Of a stretch of 64,000 nt of DNA, positions 13,370 through 27,390 are shown piece after piece. The number at the start of each line of letters is the position of its first letter. Within the stretch, counting starts at the first letter, position 1. The notes below the pieces were generated by a model. That model was not told where the DNA came from and ran no database searches. It saw only the letters and a list, made by a program, of their open reading frames with translations. The stretch comes from the human T2T-CHM13v2.0 reference genome, Homo sapiens: assembly GCF_009914755.1 (NCBI RefSeq), contig NC_060944.1; one strand, written 5' to 3'. Position numbers and translations under genes: made by a program.

Positions 13370-14145
13370 ATAGCACAGGACAAGGTGGAGGTGGAATAAT
13401 GGAGGGGCTATTTGAGATAAGCTGGTCAGAGAGGGTGTCTTTGAGGAGATGGCATTTGAACAGAAGTGTGGAGGAGATGAGGGGGTGAGCCTTGTGGATA
13501 TCTAGGGGAAGAGCATTCCAGGCAGAGGGAACAGCCAGTGTATTTGAATAGAATTAGTGAGGGGGAGAGGGTAGGACAGAGAGGAGAAGGAGACATTGAG
13601 CACACAGGGCTGTGGAAGGTGCTGGCAGTGCCCCACCCAAAATCCACTAGGGCCTCCCCAGAGGTCACCTGCAGACACTGCTGTGTATGCCTGTGGCTTC
13701 CTGCTTCTCTCTGCTCATGGATGCAGGTTGAGAGGGGAATGCAGTGAATTAATATCCACGAGTGTGAACTCCTACCAAGAAAAGAGAGTCGTTAGTGACT
13801 GTATACTCTAGCTTCTTTGCCCCTCTGTGAGAGACCCAAGAGGAGGCTGCTATAATCATCTAGGCAGGAGAGGGTGGCCACTGCACCAAGAGATAGCAGT
13901 GGGGGTGGTGACCAGTGGTGGGATTCTCAGGGCCTTTGCACATACTCCCCCATCGTTCTGGATTAATTTTCTCCCATGCCTTTATTCACGTGTCACTATT
14001 CCATATCCCCCACTGCTCAGCTTGGGGTTACCTCCTCCTGAGGGTCAAGAGTCCTCTCTGGGCCCCCACAGTTTTTTGGACTTCCCTTGTCTCTGTACTT
14101 CCCATACCATCTTTGTTCTCTAAACACCTTGCTTTGTAATCATGA

Positions 14146-14644
<499 letters not shown>

Positions 14645-16167
14645 GTCTTTTCTTAAATGGCACCTTTTCAATGGAGCCTGCCCTGACCACCATGTTTAAA
14701 ATGCAACTTCTGCCCCTCCTGCTACTCCTGATCAACTTCCTCTGCTCTAGTTTTTCTTTTTCTTTCTTTTCATCATAACTTTTGTCACCTCCCAGCATGC
14801 CTTATAATTTACTTATGGTTATTGTTCATCTCCCTCTGCTAGAAGAGAGGCTCCTTGAGGGCAGGAATCTTTCATTCATTTCTTCACTGATGTCTCTCAA
14901 ATGTCTAGAACAGTGCCTGGCTCCCACAGTAGGTGCTTGATAAACAATTTTGAATGAATGAATTAATGAGCAGAGTCAGAATTCTACTTAAGGCAGATTC
15001 TCTCTGAGGCCAGATTCTTAAAGGTGAGGGCTGGGATCATGCCTTATCCACTAAAGTACGGGGATTGGGTTTGTTCTCATATGCTGGGAAGCTGCTGGAG
15101 GGTGCTGAGCAGGCACAGATATGATTGGGTTTACCTTGTGAAAGCCCCTGTGGCTCTGGTGATAGGATGGGTGAAGAGGGGCAAGTGCAGTGCATTCCTC
15201 TGAGATACGTGTGTATGTGTTGAGCGGACAGGAGGGTGAAAATGGGGGCTTGGGGAGGTGACAGGGCTGGAGCTGCACTGAGAGAGCAGTGAGAGGAACC
15301 CCTTTAATGTCCGGATTCTCCAAGCAGCCTGGGTGGCTGCCCTACCAGCTCTGGCTGGGCCTCCCAGCTGCTGAGAACATGCTCCTATGCTGCAGATGGG
15401 CTGTGTGCTCGCCTGGGTGGTCCCTAGCTCCTCCCTCCACTTCCTTTGCACCCTTGTGGGCTTGGTGGGTGGAAGACAGGCTTCCACCCTGTCTCCTCCC
15501 CGACCCCGAGAATAATCCCTTACATTCATGTGATTCTCCTCGCGCCCTCACTTCATCCTCCCACATCCCTGGGTAACACAAAAATCTGAATCCCACTGGG
15601 CAGATGAGGACATTGAGGTCAGGCAAGGGGATGGGACCCTCCCAAGGTCATGCAGCCAGATGGGGACACCAGGTGGGGACATGTCTCCCAACTCCCCACG
15701 CCTCCATTTTCACCAGGCAACAGATGGCCCATGGCTTGACTTGAAAAATCTTAAGTGATCCCAAAGAGAGTGCAAGCCCAGAACATTCCAGCCCTCCTTG
15801 AGCTGGTTTTTACTACTACCTTTTAATACCAAATTCATTCATTTTAATTTCTATAAATGGATTCTTCTTACGGAAACTCAAAACATTACAGAGAAGACTA
15901 AGCTCTTTTTTACCCCCCTCCCCCTCTTCTCAGTTCCCTCTAGTATCCCAGTTTGGGTGTGTCTTTTCAAAACTGTGATATGCATTTAAAGACATAGCTG
16001 TCAACCCAGAGAAAACCCACAGGACTATTGTGAGATGGTAGGACAGGAAGGCAGGTGGAGGGCATTGCACACAAACCTAGTGCTTCGCAGCATTGCTCTT
16101 GGACAGCTTTGATTGACATTTAGATCTCTTTTCTATTTTCTAATAGCTGCAAAATATTCTATAGTGA

Positions 16168-16424
16168 GGCCAGCACAGTGGCTCACGCCTATAATCCCAG
16201 CATTTTGGGAGGATGAGGGGGGCATATCACTTGAGCTCAGAAATTCAAAACCAGCCTGGGCAACATGGCAAAACCCTGTCTCTACAAAAAATACAAAAAG
16301 TAGCCAGGCATGGTGGTACACACCTGTAGTCTCAGCTACTCAGGGGGCTGAGGCAGAAGTTGCAGTGAGCCAAGATTGCACCACTCCCCTCAAGCCTGGG
16401 CAACAGAGCAAGATCCTGCCTCAA
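16168..16424 (+). mobile_element. AluJ with right-arm deletion
   Basis: ggccagcacagtggctcacgcc...; gaggcagaagttgcagtgagc junction shows the deletion. Confidence 0.85.
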
Positions 16425-16444
16425 ATATATAAATATATATTCTG

Positions 16445-16478
<34 letters not shown>

Positions 16479-16514
16479 TGTAATATATATATATATATAT
16501 ATATATATTCTGTA
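16425..16514. repeat. Compound (TA)n microsatellite punctuated by TTCTGTA
   Basis: Three (TA)n blocks, each ending in ttctgta. Confidence 0.92.
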
Positions 16515-16812
16515 GTATTTTAGCCATATAGTCCATTTGTTTATCTCATTTTCTACATTGAAATTTACGTTTCATTTTCATACACTGTAGTACAGTGGGT
16601 TGAGTTAATCCTGCCTCTCAGTTCTTAGCACGTGGTCATGATTTAGTCTGCAAGGACTCTTTCTTGTTTATATCATTTTCTCCCACCTCCACTCACTTTT
16701 AACCTCACTGAAACCCTCTCTACTGTATTTGATATGTCCTTAAATACTCAGAATTTCTTGCAAAATGCGTCATGTTGTTTTATGTGTTTCTGTGTTTTAA
16801 AACTTCTTAGCG

Positions 16813-17134
<322 letters not shown>

Positions 17135-17249
17135 TTATTAGTATCAACTAAAACTGAGCATACCTGACAATTCCAGTCCTATCATTGGGTGTAATTCCAC
17201 ACAATAGAAACGCATACATACATGTACCCAAAGACACACACAGAGATGT

Positions 17250-17485
17250 TCTCAGCTCACTGCAGCCTCTGCCTCCCGGGTTCAAGCGATTCTTGTGCCT
17301 CAGCCTCCAAAGTAGCTGGGACTACAGATATGCACCACCACACCTGGCTAATTTTTGTATTTTTTGTAGAGATGAGGTTTCGCCAGGTTGGCCAGGCTGG
17401 TCTCGAACTCCTGGCCTCAAGTAATCCTCCTGCCCTGGCCTCCCAAAATGTTGGGATTACAGGCATGAGCCACCGCTCCTGACCC
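17250..17485 (-). mobile_element. Alu, truncated
   Basis: ctcagctcactgcagcctctgcctcccgggttcaagcg...gagccacc. Confidence 0.88.
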
Positions 17486-17611
17486 TGGGCATGTGTTTTG
17501 AATCCACATAAACATTATTGAGTTGTAAGTCATGTTCGTCTCCTCCTTTTATTTTTTATTTTTGCCTCTCCTGATGTTTCTCAGATCTCTCCATGCACTC
17601 TAGCACTCTAG

Positions 17612-18105
<494 letters not shown>

Positions 18106-19799
18106 CTTCTTTTTCCTAAATGCTGCCACCTTTCTCTCCAGGATGGCTTCCTCATTTTCACTCCTACCAGTGATGCACATCTTCGCCAACTTTGGGCATT
18201 TCCACCTCTCTATGGCCTGCCAGTGTGGTGGCTGTAAGTAATGTATTTACTCAGCCCGTCTCTTGTGCATAGACATTTAAGTTGTTTCCACCTTTGCAGA
18301 TGATACAAACTGCTGCAATCATCCTTCAGGGACATGCTTCTTTGTACTTTTCTCTGAGTTCAATTTCTTTTCTGCCTCATCTTCCTCCACTCTTCTTGAA
18401 CGCCAGTTCCTAAACACATCCTAACTTTCCCAGCTCTTTCCCTGAGCTCAGGCAGTGCCTTCTGCCAGAAATATCTTTTGTTAAGTGTTTACTCTTCCCT
18501 TAAGGACCCTCCTCCTAGAAGGCCCTGCCCCACCCCTGCCACCAAGAGGGTTGCTCTTCCTCAGCTCTCCCAGAGGGACTTTCATTCCCTTTTCTCCTGG
18601 CATCAGATACTTTCCTGTTTTGGACAAGAGCAGTTTTTTTGTTGTTGTTCATGGTTTTGGCTTTCTCACCAGCCCAAAAGCCCATTGAGCCCAGGGGTTC
18701 CACAAGCTTCCTCGAAGGTGCTCAGGGGGGCTCAGGAGAGGTCTGTCGAATGACTGAAGCCATGACCTAATCATGGGAATTAAGGGTACATTCTCCCTTT
18801 CTCTCTCTCCCTCTTCTTCTCCCCTCTCTCCTGCCTCTCATCCCTACCCCTTAACCAACCAGAACTTTTCAGGAGTAGCTAGTTCCACTGGAAAGAGGAT
18901 GGAACATTCAGTCAAGACTCCCCCTCTCTTGGGTGGGCACAGGCAGCTCCACCCATCTGGAAAGTTAATGTGGGCCTCACTTATTCCCTCAGGTCAATGG
19001 CTATTAGTACCTGCACTCGGCCAGGCCCTGGGATCCAGTGGTACATAGGACAGGCCCAGTCCTGGACCTCACAGGCTTTCAGCCATGGGGACAAGATTGA
19101 CACCATGCATGCACCCTCCTAATTGTGATAATGCTTGAATGAAAAGCTCAGAGTCCAGTGAAATTATATAGAGGGCGATCCTACCCTAAATCAGGGATGG
19201 AGATGGAGGAGGCTTTCTTGAGAAAGTGATATTTAAGCAAGATTTAAGGATGAGTAGAAATGAACTAAGCAAATGGAGAGGCTATGGGTGGTGGGGGGTT
19301 GGGGCGGGGGTAGAGAAAGTGCTTCTGCCAGAGGGAACTGCAAGTGCAAAGGCACTGTGGCAGGAGGGAGCCAGGGGAAGACCAGTGTGTCTGGAGTCCA
19401 AGGAGAACAGAAAAAAAGGGGAAGAGAGGCTGTAAAGATAGACAGAAAGCCCTGGTCAACAAAGTAAAACTGGAAAATGGACTCGTTCACTCAATAAATA
19501 ATTATTGGATGCCCACTATTAGCCAGAAGCTGTGCTATAGCAGTGAACATGACAAAGTCCCTGTCCCCACGGAGCTCCCTGGGGACAGAGAAAGAATAGC
19601 TAACCTTTATAGAGGCCCTACTATGTGCCAGGAACTGTGCTGAGCACTTTGCATGCACTATTTGCATGCACTATTTCATTTCATCCTCACCACCACCCTA
19701 TGAAGCAGGATACCCATTTTATTGAAGAGGAAACTGAGGCTTAGCAAGGTGTAGTGATTTACCCACCTTGAGGAGTCTTGAGGACTTATTGCAGGCCAT

Positions 19800-20430
19800 T
19801 TAAAAAGGCCTTTTACAAGCACCCTCACTCAATGCTGGTGTATGGAGGATAACTTGGTACAGCCCCTATAGAGGGCAACTATCAAAATTATAAAACACAC
19901 ATGCTGTTCAATCAGCAAGTCTATCACTAGAAATTTCTTCTACAGATATCCAAAGTGGTGTGTCCACAAAGTCATTCACTGAAGTATTGTTGTAAAGGGC
20001 TGGAGAAAACCTAGCTGCCCGTGATTTAGGGGAATGATGAAGTGGATTGTGGTGTATGCATGCAATGGAATGTTGCCATACCATGAAAGAATAAGGGCCC
20101 CTCTATGCACTGATAGGAAGCAGTCTCCAAAAATGCTGTTATGTGGGGAAAACAAAGTATAGGACTGTATATAATTATGCTATCATTTGTTTTAAAATGG
20201 TGGTGGTAGGTATACAAATAGGAAGATGAGAGAGAGAAGAGACAGGCAGAGAGGGAGAGAGGGAGAGAGACAGACTCAAGAAACTAATAGCATTGATTGC
20301 CACTGGGAAGGGGAGCTGGTGGCTGGAGGATAGGGTAGGAGAGACACTTTTCAGTGTGTCCCTTTTGTACCTTTGAGTTTTTAAGCATGTGAATATATTG
20401 ACCATTCACTAGATAAATAAATACAATTAT
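19800..20430 (+). mobile_element. Old L1 (L1M/L1ME-like) 3' fragment
   Basis: cattcactgaagtattgttgtaaa...gtggtgtatgcatgcaatggaatg...atgtgaatatatt L1M 3'-end motifs. Confidence 0.55.
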
Positions 20431-22601
20431 GTTTATTGAAAGGACTTTCTGACTCTATGGGTAAGAAAGAGGCATTGGGATGAAGAAGACATCCCAGGCT
20501 TGTTGAGTTGAAGATGTCTTAGTGATTCCCTTTTTTCCGAATGAGGAAACTGAGGCCTACAGAGGCGAGGTGAATTGCTCAAGATCACCTGTGCAGGTAA
20601 TGGCAGAACTAGGACTGGCTATTACCTGAATTGTAGTGCGGTGCCCTTTTCTGTCACACTGAGCATCTGCTATATGCTGGGCCCCACTAAGTGCTGAGGA
20701 TACAGTGGTGAACAAGATAGGCATGACTGCTGCCTTCATGGAACTCACATTTTAGGCAAGAAACAAATAAATATGTATTATAATATCAGGTAGTGATCAA
20801 TGCTATCAGTGAAAAATAAGGCAAGTGAAAGGATAGAGAATGTAGGGGAATGGGAGAAATGATCGAGAAAAATCCCTCTGAAGAGGCAACATTTTAGAAA
20901 GGAGAAAGATGGAGCCTTGTGAATACCTGGGAGCACAGCAGGAACAAAAGCCCCATGGAAGGAAGAAGGTTGGCTTGTTAAAGGAGACAGTGTGGCTGGA
21001 ACAGAGTGAGCAAGGGAAAGACAGTGGGAGATGAGGTCAGAGAAAGGGCCAGGAGACAGAATGTACACAGGGCTGAGGACTTTGGCTCAAAGTGAGGCAG
21101 GAAGCAGTCGGAGGTTCTAAGCAGATGTGGGATCTGATGAGATTTCCCTTTTTAAAAGGCCCCTCTGGTTGAAGGTGGAGATTGAACATGAGGAGAGGAA
21201 AGAGGGGCTGCAGGGAACCCAGTGAGCAGGCAGGGGCAGTCCAGTTGTCCTGGAGAGAGGTGACAAGCCTGGGGCAGTGTGGTGGGGAGCAGAGATTGGT
21301 GTCCCCATCTGTCCAATATGGGAGTTGAACAAGATGTTCCTTTAGGGCCTTTGCAGCTTTGGGATTTGGTAATTTGGTGAACGACCTCAGAACATATCAA
21401 CTAGGTGAGCCAGCCACACTGTTTTTCTTTTCTCACAATCTCCAGGTTTCTCCCCTTGGGTTCTGGGTCTGAACAGACCCAGTGATCTGAGGCTTAGATC
21501 GGGGACTCCTGCCCACCCCTCCCTGCCAGCCTGCTCCTGTCCCCACCTCCCAGGGACAGATGGGTGGGCGGCAGGAGCAGCTGGGCCTTGATGCCTGCAG
21601 GGCCCTGGGGGAGGGAATTATCTAAGAGTTCATAACCCTGCTCTGCCTTCCAGATCTTGAGTTAAAAGCCCCACATGTCACAGCTCCAAGGGGCATGGGT
21701 TGGAGGGTGGCAAAAGAGGGGTAGGGCAAGATGCTTTTCAGTCCTGTAGCTGCCCACAGGGGTTCAGTAACCTGGGGTGCTGAGGACTCCAGGAAGCTAT
21801 TAGGGCTGAGGCTGAAAGCTGGTTACCCTCAGGCTGCGTCTAACCTGCTGGCTTTTTTATTTGGCCTGAAAAGTGTTTGAGAAAAGTTGGAGCCAATGCT
21901 TAAAAATCAAGGAACTTTACAGTAAAATCCAGATTTCTGACTTCTCTTGAATAATTAAAAAATCTGACCAGACTGACCACCCATTCCCAATTACAACACC
22001 CCACAGGAGCTGAGTAGCAGCTGTCCCTATTATTATTTTATTTTATTAATAAGTAAATACATGCACATGATTCCAAAAAGAAATCATAAATTGGCATGTA
22101 TCATGAAGTCTCCCTCCCATCCTTGTCTGCCCTTCTCCCCAGTTCCCCATTCAGTAATCTCTTTATTTTCTCATGTAAATTTCCAAAGTTTCTTTATGCA
22201 TATATAAACACATAAAAATATAGATTATTATTCCCCTTTTCACCTAGCTTCATTCCCTATTCTCTGCCTTGCTTTTCCCTGAGGAGGTCTTTCTGTATTA
22301 GGACATAGGGAGCTTGCTGCTACACGCCATCGCATTGTCAGAAGTCTCATGATTTATTTAGCTGGTCTCCCACTGATGGGCATTTGGGTCATTCCCACTA
22401 TTTGCTTTTATAAACAATGCTGTATCAGTGTTCTCATGCATAGTTTGCACAGGTGCAAATATTTTAGTCGGAACTAAAGGAAGATTATTAGGAGCTGGTT
22501 CAAGCAGAGGGTGCAGTAGGCAAGAGCTGAACCCTCAGCAGGATCCCAAAGCAAGGCTAAGCAAGGAAACGTGATGAGGTCTGTTTGTAAAAGTGATTCC
22601 T

Positions 22602-22860
22602 GGCAAGGCACAGTGGTTCACGCTTGTAATCCCAGCACTTTGGGAGGCCAAGGCAGGAGGATTGCTTGAGCTCAGGAGTTTGAGACCAGACCGGGCAACA
22701 AAGCGAAATTCGTCTTTACAAAAAAATGTTAAAGACTAGCTGGACATGGTGGTATGTGCCTATAGTCCCAGCTACTCAGGAGGCTGAGGTGGGAGTCCAA
22801 GAGTTTGAGGCTACAGTGAGCTATGATTGCGCCACTGCACTCCAGCCTAGGCAACAATAA
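22602..22860 (+). mobile_element. AluJ
   Basis: Diverged dimer. Confidence 0.85.
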
Positions 22861-23596
22861 AGAGTGATTCCCAACAAAGGTCAGGGATGTGGGGGACTAG
22901 GGAAAGGCTCCCAGATTGGCTCCTGCCGCTTGCAAAAATATGGGACTTCTTTCTGGGCCTCAGAGTCCCTGCCTGTAAAATGAGAGAGGGGCTTGGAGAG
23001 CTGGATGAAATCCCAAAGGACTTTTCCAGTTCTGACCAGCTGTGGCCACCTTCTGTCTCCACACCAGACAGACTCAGCCTCTTCTCAGCCCTTGAACTTG
23101 CCTCGCTCCATCCTATTGCAGAGTGCTTGCCCAAACTGATCCCACCCTGGCCCCCACCACTGGAACATCACCTCTGTGCACTCCTATTGGTTTTTGTCTG
23201 AATTGCTGAACTGGCAGGCCACTCGGAACACACCAGCCCAAACCCCTTCAGGGTAGAGTCCCCTGTACAATACCCCAGACAGGTGGGTCACCCTCATACC
23301 TGATCCACACTTCAAATCCTTCTCCTTGTCACTCCCCTAAGTCACCTGAACTTTTAGCATAGAGTTCTTGAATGCCAACTCTGCTACTTCCTAACAAATG
23401 GCCTTGTGACAGTACCTCCCTGAATTTCAATTTCTACCTGAAAAATGGCTGGTTTGAGGATAACATGTGATGGTATTAGTAAAGTTCTTAGCACAGCTCC
23501 TGACACACAGAAAGGCTTAATAATTCCATAAGTCACTGCCCTTGTCTGAATAAGTTACCTTGTTTATAAAATGGAGAGAACTTATAGAACCTATTC

Positions 23597-23891
23597 TTTT
23601 TTTTTTTTTTTTTTTGCGATGGTATCTCACTCTGTCACCCATGCTGGAATGCAGAAACATGATCATGGCTCACTACAGCCTCAACTTCCTGGGCTCCAGT
23701 GATCCTCCCATCTCAGCCTCTCTGATAGCTGGGACTACAGGTGCATGCCACCACACTCGGCTAATTTTTGTATATTTTGTAAAGATGGGGCCATATTGCC
23801 CAGGCTGTTCTCAAACTCCTGGGCTTGAACAATCCATCCACCTCCGCTTCGTAAAGTGCTGGGCTACAGGCATGAGCCACCATGTCCAGCC
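23597..23891 (-). mobile_element. AluJ
   Basis: Antisense diverged dimer. Confidence 0.85.
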
Positions 23892-24363
23892 TCAGAATTT
23901 ATAGGGGTGATCACTCACTCACTTATTCATTCATTCATTCATTCACTTAATGATTTTTGTAGAATACCTACTGAGTGCCCAGCATAGCACTGGGCACAAG
24001 GAGATTTGGTGGTGAAGAAAATAGATGAATTGTTCCAACCCTCATGGAGCTCCCAGGCAATTCCGAACAGGCAAACATACAAAGATAAATTGCCAGTGTG
24101 CTGATATGAAGAAGGAAAAAACAAAGATATTATGGAAGCTCATAACAGGGTTGTGTCAGGGAAACTTCTCTGTGAGATAAGGATCAGGGCATGGCTGGGT
24201 GGGAAAGCCAGGAGGGTTTCCTGAAGGAGACATCACCCTAGTCTAATAATTAGCTTTAATTATCCTCACCACAGCCCTAGAAGGAAGGCACTGGTTATCT
24301 CTCATTTTACTTTTCTCTGAAGTTAAGAGAAATTAAGTGACTTGCCCAAGGTGATGGAGCTAG

Positions 24364-24696
<333 letters not shown>

Positions 24697-26806
24697 TGAT
24701 GCATGGGTTTTAAACCCAGATTTCCTGGCTGTGGAGTCTCCGACCTAAAAACCTGTCTTCTGCTGCCTCTTTGAATAGGCAAATCCTGGGATATAGAGCA
24801 TCATGGGAAGTAGAGAGGCTGCCTTCACTTGGATGGGGCCCAGAAGTGGGACTCTAACTTTGCCGTATCCTATCCAGACACCAGTGAAAAGGAAGAGATC
24901 CAGACACATCCAAGAACTGACTGAGGACCCTCAGGGTGGCTGGGGCCAGAGTTTCTCTCCTGCCCGCTACCATCCAGGGCTCTGTGCACTTCATTAGTCT
25001 CCCTGCCTAGGGTTGTGGGAGAGAAAGAAAAATCAGAGATATTCCTTTCTAAATTACACTGGGATTCAGACCTTCCAGCCCGACCCACAAACACCCTTGC
25101 TCACTAAACATGCCTGTCAATAGGCAACTGTCAGCCTTGAATCCATCCTGGAAAACTCCCTTAATCCCTAACTCTTTCCCCTCTGTTTTCAGCCTTGGGC
25201 AACAGCTGGTACCCCAACCTCCTAAGCATGCTGAGACCAAAACAGTCCCTGGGCATGAAAAGGATGCCAGGCTGCAGGACTGCAGTTGGCTTCTCCTTCC
25301 TGACCCAGGGCAGCTCTCTCCTTTCATCCTCTCTTCCCTGCCACTCTGAGGCAGGTTGGTTCTCCCACTTCCCTTCCTCAGCTCCTCTTTCTTCAACCCC
25401 TACCCTTTGCCCCTCCTCTCTCCCTCCCCTTGAAGGGTAGCAAAGCCTATTCTGGAGCCAGATGATGGGCATGAATTTGGCTGTAGCTACTAATTGTGTC
25501 ACCCTGAACAAATTAATTTCTCTGTGACTTAGTTTCTGCATCTGTAAAATGGGAGGAAAAAAGGAGCTACCTCACAAATTGTGAGGGTAGAATGAGTTAG
25601 TAATTGTAGTGTTTTGGACAGTGCCAGGCAAAGAGACACTACTATATGGATGTTTGTATAATAAATGCCTGGATACATCCAATCTGATCAAAGGCAGAGA
25701 TGGGAAATGAGCTTGGGGTATCCAGGATGTGTGGGAACTCCACCCCCTCTCATAGGTTACTGCTATAATCTCCTTCTGGTCTCACCAGCCCCAGGCTGCT
25801 TCCTTGTGATCGCTTCTCTACTCTGGCTGCTGGGTCTTCTTTCTAAATCCTGATGTGACCACATAACTCCCCTGCTCAAATACTGCAGTGGTTCCCCATT
25901 GCCTGCTGGATAAAGGCCACCTTCTGGCCCCTTAGGATCTCATCCTCAGAACTCTGCAGCCCTATCTTCCCCATCTTTCTCCTCCCCTGGATCTGAGATC
26001 CAGACTTGCTTGAAGATATGCCCTCCAGTCTCAGGCCTCCAGGCCTTTGCACTTGCTCTTTCCTCCACCCGGTGTTTCCTCCCATCCCTTTCCTCTTGAT
26101 GTTGGATGTTGTCCCCTTCCCTCCCCCTACTCTACTAGGGCTGTAGCCAGATGAAGGCAGTCCCCGAGAGAGGGAAAGCGGAGAGTAAGGAAGAGACAGC
26201 AACTCAGAGCTGCAGCTTTCTCAGCTTCAAAACGAAGACAATAAGAAAAGGGGACCCCTCAAGATCAAAGGAGGGGATGGAACAATATGTGAGCACTCAG
26301 GAAACTGGAAATGAGCGTTAGCATGGAGTGACTGCTAAAGGGTTACTGGGGGGCCCGCCCAAGTCCCCCAGCTCCTTTCTTCCAAGTCCCCCACCCACCC
26401 CCCCGTCAGACCCAGGCCACTGGAGGTGAACACAGGAGAAAAACGAAGTGGAGAGAATGGGAAGGGGGAGGCGATAAACAAAAAAGAAGGAAGTGCAGTC
26501 CGAGGGGAGATGAGAGACAGAAAGCATGGGGTTGGAGCCCCGCGCCTCCGAGGAAGGAGGGAGAGGGTGACCTGGGGTGCGCCCCGCCTCCCCTGCTTCC
26601 GCATTCCCGGGGGCTGCCCCCCCTTCGGCCGCAGCTCAGGCGGGTGGGGGCGGGGCGGGGCGGCGCCGAGGAGAATGAATAATTGAAGTGGAGGGGAGGA
26701 GGAAGAAGAGGAGAAGGAGGAAGAGGAGCCGCCCGCGCAGGGTCCTCCCCACGCCGCACCCCCCTCCGCCGCCCGGAAGTCGCTCCCCGCCTCCCTCTCC
26801 GCCAAC

Positions 26807-27390
26807 ATGGCCGCGAAGTCGGATGGAGCGGCGGCCTCGGCCAGCCCGGACCCGGAGGGGGCTGCCGGTGGAGCCCGGGGCAGTGCCGGCGGGCGCGGGG
26901 AGGCGGCGGCGGCGGCCGGGCCCCCGGGGGTCGTCGGGGCGGGCGGCCCGGGGCCGCGCTACGAGCTGCGGGACTGCTGCTGGGTGCTGTGCGCGCTGCT
27001 CGTGTTCTTCTCCGACGGTGCCACGGACCTGTGGCTGGCGGCCTCCTACTACCTGCAGAATCAACACACCTACTTCAGCCTCACCTTGCTGTTCGTGCTC
27101 CTGCCCTCGCTGGTCGTGCAGTTACTGAGCTTCCGCTGGTTCGTCTACGACTACTCGGAGCCCGCAGGGTCCCCGGGACCCGCCGTCAGCACCAAGGACA
27201 GCGTAGCCGGCGGAGCCGCCATCAGCACCAAGGACAGCGCCGGCGCCTTCCGGACCAAAGAAGGCAGCCCCGAGCCGGGTCCCCAGCCTGCGCCCTCCTC
27301 GGCCAGCGCCTACCGCCGCCGCTGCTGCCGCCTCTGCATCTGGCTGCTGCAGACCCTCGTCCACCTCCTGCAGCTCGGCCAGGTCTGGAG
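26807..27390 (+). CDS. XKR7: XKR7 exon 1 (XK-related 7)
   Basis: [10 protein letters not shown]...[13 protein letters not shown]...LLSFRWF...[12 protein letters not shown]-family TM segments; donor gtagga at 27391; 584 nt. Confidence 0.96.
27185..27241 (+). promoter_or_regulatory. Two tandem RE1/NRSE (REST) elements within coding exon 1
   Basis: GTCAGCACCAAGGACAGCGTA (27185-27205) and ATCAGCACCAAGGACAGCGCC (27221-27241) vs consensus TTCAGCACCnnGGACAGCGCC. Confidence 0.85.
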
